Shown here piece by piece: positions 36,299 to 47,301 of a stretch of DNA of 64,000 nucleotides. The notes under the pieces are model-generated. The model was not told the origin of the DNA. It was given only the letters and a program-made list of their open reading frames with translations, and made no database searches. The position numbers and the translations under genes are program-made. The DNA comes from Cyanophora paradoxa CCMP329. Lineage: Eukaryota > Plantae > Glaucophyta. Within the stretch, counting starts at the first letter, position 1; each line of letters starts with the position of its first letter. The stretch is from NCBI GenBank assembly GCA_004431415.1, contig QPMI01000409.1, positions 372,001-436,000 of the forward strand. Reading direction: 5' to 3'.

Positions 36299-39200
36299 TC
36301 AGCGGCCTGAAACTGCGGCACGGGAGCGGGTGACGATGCCGACGACGGCGGGAGAGCCCGAGGGGGCGGGGGAAACGGCAGCCGTGTCGCGGCGGTCACG
36401 CTCGGATCGGGAGCCGGCGAGGCTCATGCCCGCGAGCGTCGCGTCGAGCTGCGCCATCCGCTCCTGCACGGTCGTCAGATCAGGTCGTTTTAGCCATGGG
36501 GGGCTTGCAGGGCGCACGTAGACCTCCTTGGCCTCCCGCAGCCTGCCGACAGGAATTCGAAAGGATCAGGAAATTGTGGAGGAGAGTCAGAGATGCCGGG
36601 CCGCACTTCTGGTCGCGGGAGGCGTCCTCCGAAGAGAGGCGGCCGTCCCGCGCGCAGCTCTCCTTCAGCTCCTGCACCTGCTTGGGCGCGGCCGCGTCAG
36701 TGCCCCGCAGGCCGGCCTCGCACGCCGCGCGGCTCGCCTCCGCAATGAGGGACACGAAGCGTGCGTGCAGCTCATCCCGCTTCTGCCCGGCGGCTGGTGA
36801 GGGCGGCGGCGCGGCTCTCTCCACGACGCCGCTCCTCTCTGCTCGCACCTTGCGGGCGGCGATGTACTCGGCGCTGAAGCGGGCCTCGTCGTAGGAAATG
36901 GACGGGAGCTCAGCAGGAATCGGCGGCAGCTCCAGCTCCTCCAGCGAGTCCCGCCCCTCCGCCTCTGCTGGCGCCGGGGCCGGAGCGGGCGCTGGGGCCG
37001 GGGCGGGGGCGCTCCGCGAAGAGGCGGCGCGCGGGGCATCCTGGGCCGGGGTGCCACTCTGGGTGGCGCCGTTGCCCTGGAGCTCGGCGAGCTGGCGCTG
37101 GAGGCGGGCGATCAGGCGCTCCTTGCGGGCGAGCGAGTCCTGCAGCTCTTTGACGCGCTTCGCGAGCTCCTCGTTCTCCAGCTTCACCCGCATGTGATGC
37201 GCGATCCGCTGCCGCGTGTTCGCCTGCCCAACCATCGCCGCCTGCTCCTTCACCAGCTCCTCCACCCGCTGCGCCCGCCCCTCCCCCGCTCGGCTGTGCT
37301 CGGGGGAGGGCCTCGCGCCGGGACTGACCTTGAGAGCCTCTGCGGCCTTGCTGTCGGACTCGGCGACGCGCTCCTCCAGGGCGTCGATCTGCTCCGCCAG
37401 GTCCGCTTTCTCGTGCGCCAGCTGCGGAGCGCGGCGTAAAGCATTGGGCGCCGGGCGGCGGCGGAGCGCGCACGCTCTCGGCGCGCTGCTGCAGCTCGCG
37501 CAGGGCGCTCGACTTCCTGTGGAGCTCCCCCGAGACGCGCCTGCTCTCGTGAAATCGGTCACTGCTCGACTCGGAGCGGAGAAGAAAAGCAGGGAGCGCA
37601 CCGCCGGGTCTCGAGCTGCCCGCTGACCTCGCGCAGGGCGCCCTGCACCTGATCGAGCTGGTCGGCGAGCTCGTCCCGCTGGGTCCGGAGCCGCCCCGCC
37701 TCCTCCTCGGCCGCCGCCACGTGCGCGCGGTGCTTCTCCTGCAGAGCCTCCAGCTGCGCGGCCAGCTCGTCCGCCCGCGCCGCCGACTCGCGCGCCTCGG
37801 AGCGCGCCAGGCCCTCGCCCCGCTGCGCCTCGTCCGCCTCGTGCGCGAGCGCGTCCGCCCGCCGCTGCGGAGCGCCCGTGAGCGCCGGGCCGGGGGCGAC
37901 CGCGCCCAGGAGCGCGCACCAGGGCCGTCGAGCGGTCGGAGAGGAGCTCGGCGACCTGCTCCTCGAGCTCCCGCACGCGCTCCTCGAGCTCGTGCACCCG
38001 CGCGGCGAGGCCCCGCGCCCGCTCGCCGGCCTCCCCGAGGGCCGCCTCGAGCGCCCCCGCGCGCTCCCGCTCCCGCTCTACCGCCTCCGAGGTCTCCAGC
38101 AGGCAGGACTCCACCTCGGCGACCTGCCCCCGGGCCTCCTCCAGCTCCGCCTGCGAGCGGCCGGCCGACGCCTCCGCAGCCGACTCGAGGGCCCGGCACC
38201 GCTGCTCGGCCACTGACGCGCGCTGCGCCTCCTCCGCGGCGCGCCCCTCCGCGGCCCGCAGCTGCGCGGCGCGTCGGGAAAGTGCCCGCGAGTCCCTCCT
38301 GAAGGGGGCGCACCAGATTGAGGGCGTCGGCGAGGCGGTCCTCCGCGGCCGACTTCTCCTGCAAGCCGCGCCACGTCATGGTACGCTGGGAAGGGCAGGG
38401 AGAGAGTGGCTCGGCTCGCCTGGACGAGTCGGACCATGGCGAGGTTCGCCTCGTCGAGGATGCGCTGCATGCCCGAGGTCTCGGCGCGCAGATCCCGCAG
38501 GCTCGCCTCCGCCGCCCGCGCCCGGTCTTTCATTTCCACGAGCTCCACCGAGGCCCGCGCGCGGTACGCCTCCGCCACGCGCAGCTCCTTCTCCGCGTTC
38601 TCGACGCTCCGCCGCAGCGCCTCGATGATCCCCGCCTGCGCTCGCAGCGCCTCGTCCTTCCCCTCCGCCTTCTCGTCCGCCTCGTCGAGCGCCGCCTCCA
38701 GACGCGCCGCCTCCGCCTTCTGCAGCTGCGGGCGGAGTCAGGGGCCGATCGAGCCGGCCGCCGCCTGAAAGGGGGCGCACCCGGAGGGCGTTCGCCATCT
38801 CCTCGAGGGCCTGCTTGCGGGCGGCCACCTCCGCCACCGCCGCCGCGCCGCGAGCCTCCGAGGCCTCTAGCGAGCCCCGCAGAGCTGCCAGCTCATCCTC
38901 CAGCGCCGCCGCCCGGCCGCGGGACGCCTCCAGCTCCGCCAAGGCGGTCCGCGCGGCCGCATCGGCCTCCCCAACGCGCCGCTCCGCCTCGGCGAGGGCG
39001 CCGGCCCGCTCCTCGGCGGCCCGCTGGGCGGCCTCGGCGCGCTGCTCGGCCTCGTCCTTCTCCCGCTCGCGCTCCAGCAGGTCCCCCTCCAGCGCCCGCG
39101 CCGCCTTGTGCCGGGCGTCGAGCTCGGTGACGAGCTCCGACAGCTTCGCGGCCTGCCCGGGTGTCGGTCAGGAGGAGTCTGAAGAACGAACACATCGCGA

Positions 39201-42200
39201 GGTCCTGCCTGCTCGGCGGCCATCGCCGTGCGGTCCGCCTCGAGCTCCTCCAGCCGCCGCTCCGCGGCGCCGAGGGCGTCCCGAAGCGCCGCCCGCTCCT
39301 CCTCGGCCTCGCGCATGCCGCCCACGGCCGACGCGAGCTCGTGCGCGAGGTTCGAGGCGCGGCCCTGCGCCGCCCGCGCCGCTCCTCGGCCGCCTGCAGG
39401 CACGCCCGCGACTCGTCCAGCACCTCCTCCGAGGCCGCGTACCGCCCCTCGGCGTCCGAGAGCGCCCCCTGCGCTCGCTTCGGTCAGCGCTCCTTCAAGT
39501 TCGAGCGCCCATGGAGGGCGCGATGCGGTCACTCGCCTGGAGGACCCGCGCCTCTTCCCGGAGCCGCGCCGCCTCGGCCTCGGCGGCCGCCAGCGCCCGC
39601 CCCAGGACGCTCTTCTCGCGGGTGAGCTCCTCGGCGCGCGCCGTCGTCGCCGCCTCGCGCTCGTCGCCCTCGGCCCGGAGCGCGTCGGCGAGCTTCGCCG
39701 CGTCGGCCGCCTGCCGCTCCAGGCGCGAGACCTCGCTTCGCAGCCGCTCCGACTCCTCGGTCGCCTCGCCGGCCGCCTGGCGCGCCCCGCGCTCGGCCGC
39801 CTCGAGCCGCTCGCGCAGCTCTTCCGCCTGCGCCTGCTGGTAGGCGGCGGCCTCGGAGAGCGTCCCGTACTCCGCGTTCAGCGCCTCGAGCTCAGAGCGC
39901 AGCTGCTCGGCGCGCTCCTCCGCCTGCGCCCGGCCGCCCTCCACCGCCTCGAGCTCCTCCCGCAGCGCCGCCATCTCCCGCGCCGCCCGCTCCTCCCGCC
40001 CCAGCGCCGCCGCCCGCTCCGCGGCCGCCCCCTCCCGCGCCGCCTCCGTCTCAGCCGACGCAGCGCTGGTCACCGGCTCAGCCGCAGCAGACAACGGAGA
40101 GGACGGGGCGGGCGGGCGGTACCGGTAGAGGCCTTCCATGCGGTCGAGCTCCGCGCGGACGGACGCGAGGCGCTCCTCTGCCGCCGCGGACGCGGCCGCC
40201 TCGGCCTCCGCCGCCTCCGCGGCTCGGCGGACGGCGGCGGCGAGCTCGGCCTCCAGCTGCCCGCAGCGGGCCTCGAGGGCCTGCCGCGCGCTCCGCTCGG
40301 CGTCGGAGAGCTGGGTCCCCGCCCGCAGGCTCTCGAGCTCCGCGTGGGCGACCTGGAGGCGCTGCTGAGCCTCCTGCGCCATCACGGCCGCCTCAGTCTT
40401 CTCTAGCACCAGCGCGCAGTGCAGGCGCCGCTGCCGCTCCATCTCGCCCCGCGCCGCGGCGAGCTCCCTGCGCGCCGCGTCGGACTTCGCAGGGGCTCTC
40501 TCGCAGGGGCGCGCGGCGGCGCACTTCTCGAGACGGGAGCGCTCGGCTTGCCAGTCCTCCGCGGCGGCGCGGGCCTTCTGCCGCTCGGCCTCGACCTGGT
40601 CGGCGAAGCGCTGCGCCTCGCGCCACTTGAGGAGCTCGGCGTTGACGACCTCGGCGCGCTGCGGGGAGAGGAGGAGGCCCGAGCGCGAGGGCGAGGCGAT
40701 GGACTCGAAGGAGGAGGCGAGCTGCGCGTGGCTCCGCTGCAGCGCCTGCTTCTCCCGCAGCGACTCGTGCAGCTCGCCGAAAAGCCGCTCGACCGTCCGC
40801 TCCGAGTCCGCCAGGCGGCGCGCCACGCCCTCGTCAACCTGCTGCTGCAGCACCGTCGCCCGCGCTGCCCGACCGCCCGTAAGAGTCGGGCCCGAGGTTC
40901 ACAAGAGGGGAGAAGGGCAGCGCGGACCACGCGCCGCGGCGAGCTCGTTCTGGACGCGGGCAAGGTCCAGCGCCAGCTGCTGCGCGTCCGGCGACGGTCC
41001 GGGGGCCGCCCCCGCCGCCGCCTCCGCCGCCAGGGCAGCAGGGAGGGAGGGTGTCGAGGCCGTGGGAGCGCCGGCGCCGGCGCGTGGGATGCCCGACGGG
41101 AGGCGGGACCTGGCGCGCAGAGCCTGCGGAGGCGGCGTCAGCGTTCGCTTGGGAGGGCGCCTGTAAATCGGCGGACCTCGTTCGCGGCGCGGAGCTTGCC
41201 GCACTCGGCGTTCAGGTCGGCGTGCAGAGCCTGGGGGCGGGCCGCCGATGAGGGAGCGTGGGCCTACGCCTGGGGAGGCACGGACCTGGAGGGACTCGAG
41301 CTCGCGGCGGCGGGCCTGCTCCCGTGCCAACGCGTCCGCCAGCAGCGCCTCAAGCTGAGGGGTGCGTGAGAACGGGCGGCCGGGGACGCCGGCCAGCGGC
41401 TCGCCTGCTCGAAGCGGGCCGCGGAGGCGCGGCGCTGCGGGGAGACGGCTGCGGCCATCGGCGGGGGACGGGAGCCGGCCTTGACGGGCGTCGCATCGGA
41501 GGCGTCGGGCCCCTCCGCGGCCCCCTCGGCGGAGACGCCGGCCTCGGCGAGGAGGGCCCGGAGGCGCCGGACCTCCGCCTGCAGGGCGGCCGTGCTCCCG
41601 GCCGTGTCCTCGTTGATGACCGCCTTGTTGCGGATCCGCTTCGCGCGCTGGGCGAAGCCCAGCGTCGAGATCGTCTCCGCAACGTTGCGGCTCGCCGGGC
41701 TGACAGCAGCTATGATGCACGTCCGCGCGTTGCCTCCCAGCGAGTCTCGCAGCAGGAACGTCAGCTTTGAGTCGCGGCTGCGGGGCGTCAGGCGGGGCGG
41801 GCCGGGGCAGAGCTGAGGCGCGGGGCGGGGAACGGACTAGTGAACGTGGCGGGTGCGGCCTTCTGAGATGGCCACGAGGTCCTGGATGACCTTACCCAGC
41901 TTGGAGAGGGACTGGTTGATCTTGCACGCCTCCTTCAGCTGCTGCCCTGAGGTCTCCGTGTCCTTCTGCCGCTCCGAGCCCGCCAGGTCGATGAGGTTAA
42001 AGCGCGCCTTCCGCGACTTCGCCAGACCATTGTCCGTGTGCTGCCAAGGCCGTTAGAGGCGACACGCAGATCAAGAAGGGACTGCCCCGCACCCGGGACT
42101 CGACAAGGATCGAGAAGACGGAGTGCGAGCGGGACGATTCGACGTTCATAGACGTGCTGCGCGGAGGGCAGGCGTCGGCACCGACGGGAGGGGCGAGGGG

Positions 42201-43823
42201 AGCAGAGGACGGGGCTCGCCTGCCGGTGTGGCGGTTGCGGGCGCCCCGCGCGATGAGGGACATGGCCGCCTCGTAGGACGCGACGGTCTCCACGATAGCG
42301 TTCTCGCAGATGACCTCCCCCGACCCGTTCTCGCGCAGCGCTGCGGTGCCGCTGAGGGGGCGCGACGGACGGCTGGAGCTAGCTAAAGGGTCCGGCCATA
42401 CCGATCTTCTTGCCCGGCGTGGAGTCCAGGAGATCGATGACCTCCTCGTTGTAAATCTGCGGCCACGATTCAGGCACCAGGAAAACTGAGCATGACAGAG
42501 CGCGCTCGCCTCGAGGTAGGAGCAGGAGCACTCGAAGGTCCGCGCCCCGTCGCTCTGCGGGGGCACACACACACACACACACCGCGTGAGCGGGGCGCGC
42601 GCTGCGTGAGCGGGGCGCGCGCTTCAGCCTTCCTTCGTCACACCTTGGCGGTCTCGCGGGCGATCATCGTGAAAAGGTGCTCGATGGAGCGGGGGATCAG
42701 GCCCCGCTCCTCGTATCTAAGGGGGGAGGGTCGCCTCGCGGGCCAGGAAGAGGCGCCGGCAGCGGGCGCACCGGTCGTCAGAAGGGGACAGGGAACCCGC
42801 GGGGCCCGTCATCGTGTGGGTCTTTCCCGAGCCAGTCTGGCCGTACCTGCCGTGCCCCTTAGCGGGCCTGGCGTCGCGGAGCGGAGCTGGAGAAAAGCGG
42901 ACGCGAATATTGTCGCGTTGTAGCCTTCGAGGAGAGATGATACGAACGGGCGGCCGATTGCCCGGAAGACGGCCTCCTGCCCGACGCTGTCGCCCACGGC
43001 GCGGTCGAAGGCGTGCACGCTCGACTCGCCGCCGCCCCGCGCCGCGTGCACGATGACTTGCTGCGTGCGATCGTCCACCGTCACGCACTTCTGCGAGCCT
43101 GCGCGGCGCCTGAGCGTTGCGCGGGGCGCGGGGCGCGGGCCGGTTTGTGCGGGGATGGCGGCGTGCCCTCCTGCGTCTCTTTTGCAGAGAGCGGTCGCAC
43201 GCGCACAACCACCCTGAAAGTTATCAGCGCTTGCGATTATCGTGCAGAGGAGAGCGCGTACGAAATGTTCTCTGTGGGCTCTAGCTGCTCGATGCCGTTC
43301 TGCGCAGCGGCGTTCGCCAGTCGATCCGCCAGCGACTGCCGCTTGACCGCTGCGGTAGCTAAGGAGATGCAGGAGAAGCAGTTAGCTTCTGGATGCTGAC
43401 CGGGCTCTTTTGGCGGCGCGGGCCCTTTCTCTGCGCTCATCATCGCAGACGAGAGCGCCGGCCCAGGAACTTTGTTCTCCTTCTCCGCATTCCTGCTCGT
43501 AGCAGCGCCGACCGCCGGTATCCTGCTCGCTGGAGGAGCAGCTCGACGGGAGGGTGTTACAGCCGCTGCGGGGCGGTCAAGACAAGCCAACCTGCTGGCT
43601 GCGGGCTCCGCACCTTGCGTCCTGCCCACGCTAGGCGTTGGCACGAGCAATGGAACATCCTCCAGAGACCGGTTCTTGGCCGGCGTGGCGGCCGGGGTCT
43701 TGAAACCGCTGGCCTTCGGGACTGCGCATCCCCAGGTTTCAGGCGCTGTCGAGGCGCAACGCTGTGTTGCGGCTCACCTGGCGAGCCCGGCAGCCGCCTG
43801 GGCGTCGTAGCTGGCGGCTGCAT
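36299..43823 (-). CDS. Kinesin-12 (KIF15-like): N-terminal motor, very long coiled coil, HMMR-type C-terminal motif
   Basis: [100 protein letters not shown]; C-terminal [19 protein letters not shown]. Confidence 0.92.
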
Positions 43824-43981
43824 CGCACGGTTGAATTTTTTGAAGCCGTCGCAGACGTACCCATCCGCCTACCACCCCGGCTCACCCGGACCCGTCAGCC
43901 CACCGACGCCCGCCGTCCGTGACCGTCGACCACCGAAGCCCACGCCCGTCGTCGTCAGCCGACGCACGTCGACGCCCAGCG

Positions 43982-44338
43982 ATGAATGTCGAGCACGAAG
44001 TCAGTCTACTTCAGCAGAAGATCGTGGAGCTCGGCTCACGGGGCGCGGACGGCAAGTACTCGTGCGTATTGCTTATTGCAGGCGGCGCAATAAGCTTTTT
44101 AAAAAAGTTTTTCCAGTATCACATTCGGGAAGTTGTTCGAGGCTACTGAGCAAATTTTTGAGGCCCTCGGCGGGACCCTCAAGGCCGCGAAGAAGGTGCG
44201 TACGGTAGCTATGGCTAGATACAGCAATAACGTCGGTCCGCCGGGCCGCAGCGCGGCGTCATCGCGTACTCTGCTCCGCTTCTCCTGAAAGGAGCCCACG
44301 ACGCGGAGGTCATCACGCTTCTGGTCGCCCCTGCCTAA
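43982..44338 (+). CDS. ABRACL: Costars family protein
   Basis: MNVEHEVSLLQQKIVELG...ITFGKLF..EQIFEALGGTLKAAKK|RGVIAYSAPLLLKGAHDAEVITLL; two introns. Confidence 0.93.
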
Positions 44339-44417
44339 AGCCAGCAGCTCTGCGGGGAGGCGGCGTGCCAATCCATCGCTGCGCAAATTGCGCGACGGGG
44401 TGCGAATGCGGGGGGAC

Positions 44418-44511
44418 ATTCACTGGGTGTGTCCTAATCTTCAAACTTTTGAAATGCATTGAAGCACGACCAGAATCAGAGTTGCGATTACGATTCTAAA
44501 AAGAGCAGCAA
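44418..44511 (+). mobile_element. Mini-element: CACTG-type end + one 24-bp unit + right-end-like taaaaagagca
   Basis: Matches 30644-30684 (inverted), the 24-bp unit, and 13377-13388. Confidence 0.55.
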
Positions 44512-44678
44512 CATGAATGTGCCACCAGCAAGCTGGCCAGTGCCACGGTGTGATAAATGGGACCCGGGACGTGAAAACGTGGTCCGAGGGTCACTGTCGC
44601 AGAGAAGGCCAAGCGCTTACGATCAGAATCAGAGTTGCGATTACGATCGGAATCAGAGTTGGACCTCGGAATCAGAGA

Positions 44679-45021
44679 GTCTGCGAGGCCTGGACCTCGA
44701 AGACGTGCGGGGTGTGCGGCAAGATCAACTACGGGCTCGGCTCGAAGAGGGTCTTCGAGTGCCGCCCCGGGTGCGGCTTCCGGGCGGACCGCGACGGCGG
44801 CGCCGCGCGGTGCGTGTTGTGTCTATACACGCCTATACACAATCGCTGCTCCCCCCGCCTAGTCCCGACACGGCCTAGCCACGGCATAATTTTCCGTCTA
44901 GGCCTAGGGCCGGCTCGCCCCTCCCAGCGCCGCCCGATCGCAATCGTAATCGTACTCTTGCAGGAGCATCTTCATCCGCTACGGCACAGGCGTGGACGCG
45001 AAGCGCCTGCTCGGCTCGTAG
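44679..45021 (+). pseudogene. TnpB/Fanzor nuclease C-terminal fragment (zinc finger + RuvC-III), two exons (44679-44809, 44964-45021)
   Basis: Spliced: VCEAWTSKTCGVCGKINYGLGSKRVFECRPGCGFRADRDGGAAR|SIFIRYGTGVDAKRLLGS*. Matches the E-x-[YW]-TS-x-T-CxxCG...F-x-C-x(2-3)-CG-x3-DRD-x-N-x-A-x-NI pattern. GT-AG intron at 44810-44963. Confidence 0.88.
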
Positions 45022-45159
45022 CCAGCTAGGCTCCCATCCCCTTTTCTCCATCAGGGCACCAGTCCCTGCGGGTTACGCTCTATCCCAAACAGCACGGGTA
45101 AAGTTAAAGCGTTGACGGTCTAGGAGTGGTCCCGCGCGCCCGTAGCTTAGAAAGAGCAT
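45022..45159 (+). ncRNA. Putative omega-RNA scaffold 3' of the Fanzor ORF, copy 1
   Basis: Lies between the stop codon and the element end; 45058-45159 is conserved at 13291-13389; stems gctct/agagc and acggg/cccgt. Confidence 0.6.
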
Positions 45160-45390
45160 GCAATTTGCGCCCTCGTGCCCCAGTTGTGCGGCAGCCCGCC
45201 ACTGATTCCTCCACAGTCCCTCTTCCTTTTAGACGGGCTCTCAACCGCCCCCAGTTACGCGTGACATTGTCGAAAATCAAAGCGCGTTGGAAAACATGGA
45301 ATACATCAAGACATCATCGACATGCACCAAGACATCATGACTAGCTATAATAAAGTAAAGGCTGCAGAGCTGAAATTAAAGGGGGGCCGC

Positions 45391-46688
45391 CTAGCTCGAG
45401 GAAAGCGGCTTGGAGGCGGGCGCGTCTGGGCACGGGGCGGCGGAGAGGTGGTGGCAGCAACCGGTGTCGGGGATGCGTCGGTGCTGCTCGAGGAACGCGA
45501 TATCGGGCCTCTTAAGGTTCCGGACGAGGCCGAGGGCAGCGAGGGCTTTGATCACGTAGTAGCTAATGTCCAGCTCGTACCAGTAGAAGCCGTTCCGCGC
45601 CACGTTTGCCTTGGCGTGGTGCTGCTCGGCGAATAAGAAACCGAAAGAAAAGAAAAGCGTCGGAGAAGCTTACGTTGTTGTGCCAGCCCTCGCCGAGGGT
45701 GACGAGGGCGAGGATGAAGTTGTTCTTGGCGGAGCAGGCGGTGTGGTGCTCGCAGACGAAGCGCTGGGAGCCGTACATGTGGGAGAGGGAGTTGATGGTG
45801 TACGTGCCGTGCCAGAGCAGCACGGTCGAGACGACGAAGCCCCAGAGGAAGGCGTCGAGCCCGCCGAGGGCGTAGAGACCCGCCGCCAGCAGCGCTCCCG
45901 GAACGTAGTGGTACCTATCGATCCACACGAGCTCCGGGTAGCGCGCCAGGTCCGGAATGTACTTCCTGTGAGGCCGCCCGCTCAGACCTCGCTGCATGCG
46001 GCCGCGGGGGCGGGGGCCTCGGGAGCGGCGCACCAGATCACGTCGACGTGCTCGTATGAGACGAGGAACCAGCCGCAGTGCGCCCACCAGAAGCCCTTCA
46101 GCTTAGGCGAGTGGGCGTCCTCTGGCTCGTCCGCGAACTTGTGGTGGTGCCGATGGTTCTGCGCGGTCGAAGCGCCGTCGTCGGCCGAGGGTCCGAGCTA
46201 AGCGCAGGGCGGCCGGGATGCGCACGCTAGCCCACCACAGGACCCCCTTTTGTATCGCCGTGCTGCCCAGGCACGCCAGCAGGAACTGGAAGACTGCGTG
46301 CGGGGTTTGCGTCAGAGCCCCGAATGCACGTGCGCGCTGATCGGGCGCGCGGGGCACCTCGACTGGTGTCGTAAGCGCGATGCGAGAAGTATCGGTGATA
46401 GCCACCCGTGATGCCCCACATGCGGATTACGTAGAGCCCAATACAGAGACCAAGCAGTGGCCAGGAGGGCCGCGTTGCATACGCCGCTGCGGCTGCGGCT
46501 ATGTGCATACCAGCGAAAAACCAGCAGTTGGGCTCCGTCGCGAGCTGACGCCAGTTGGGTCTCACGCTCTCGACATCGACGGCCCTCGGGTCGGCCTCTT
46601 TCGGAAGGGGGTCGTCATCAGCCGCGGCGAACAGATCTGCACGGCTGCACGAAGCTGCTATAGCTACGCTATCTGCGTTAGGCGCCAT
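45391..46688 (-). CDS. Delta-9 fatty acid desaturase (membrane-bound, no cytochrome b5 fusion)
   Basis: His boxes GYHRYFSHRAY, HRHHHKFAD and GEGWHNN|HH; also QKGVLWWA, INSLSH and ELDISYYVIK. Confidence 0.95.
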
Positions 46689-47301
46689 TCAATCGGCAGG
46701 GCGCCGCGCTTACTCCGTCCGGCGGCGCCTGCCGCGCAGGACGGCGCCGGATGTTCGCGGTAGAGCACGGCAGACACACTGCGTCAGCCGCCGGCGCCCG
46801 CGCGCAGCCGCAGCCAGATCTAGACGCGCCTGAGCTTGGGGGGGGAGGGGCCGGACCGCGCTATCTCGTGTACCCGGATCATACTGCCTTCATTGCCTTG
46901 AGCCGCACATGCGCACGCATGCGCAGCGCGCGGTGGCGCCGCGGCGCAACTTGGCTGCCGCAGTGCTTCGAATTCAAAAGGCTGCTTCGAATTATCGATC
47001 ATGATCACGCGCGCTCGTCACACCGTGGCAGGGCGTGCATACGCATGCGCATGTGCATATGCATGCGCATGCGCCCGGCCCAGTCGCGGCCACGCGTACG
47101 CCGCGGCGCGCTGTCGACGTCGACGTCCCACGTGCACTGCCGCAGTGCGGGCCAGTACTACCGTAGTACGGTACTCGTGTGAAGAAAAGCTTGATCATGA
47201 GCTTCCAATTTGAATTCATGATCATCGCATATAGGCCCCTGAGGGCGCGTCTTTAAACACAATTATTATCTAGATCTCTAAATAGGCATAAAAACTAACA
47301 C

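Larger units (their letters stand above)
44532..45159 (+). mobile_element. Internally deleted Fanzor/TnpB-carrying element
   Basis: Both ends are shared with 13111-13389 and the interior holds the TnpB/Fanzor 3' fragment. Confidence 0.85.

Noticed and set aside
36400-43200. Long plus-strand Arg/Ala/Pro-rich ORFs (likewise 3300-8100 and 55000-64000)
   Set aside because: Antisense or off-frame shadows of GC-rich spliced genes on the minus strand.
44517-45029. 170-aa ORF as an intact nuclease
   Set aside because: Its N-terminus is element-end and array sequence, it reads through the intron, and RuvC-I/II and the WED/REC regions are absent; only a fragment is supported.
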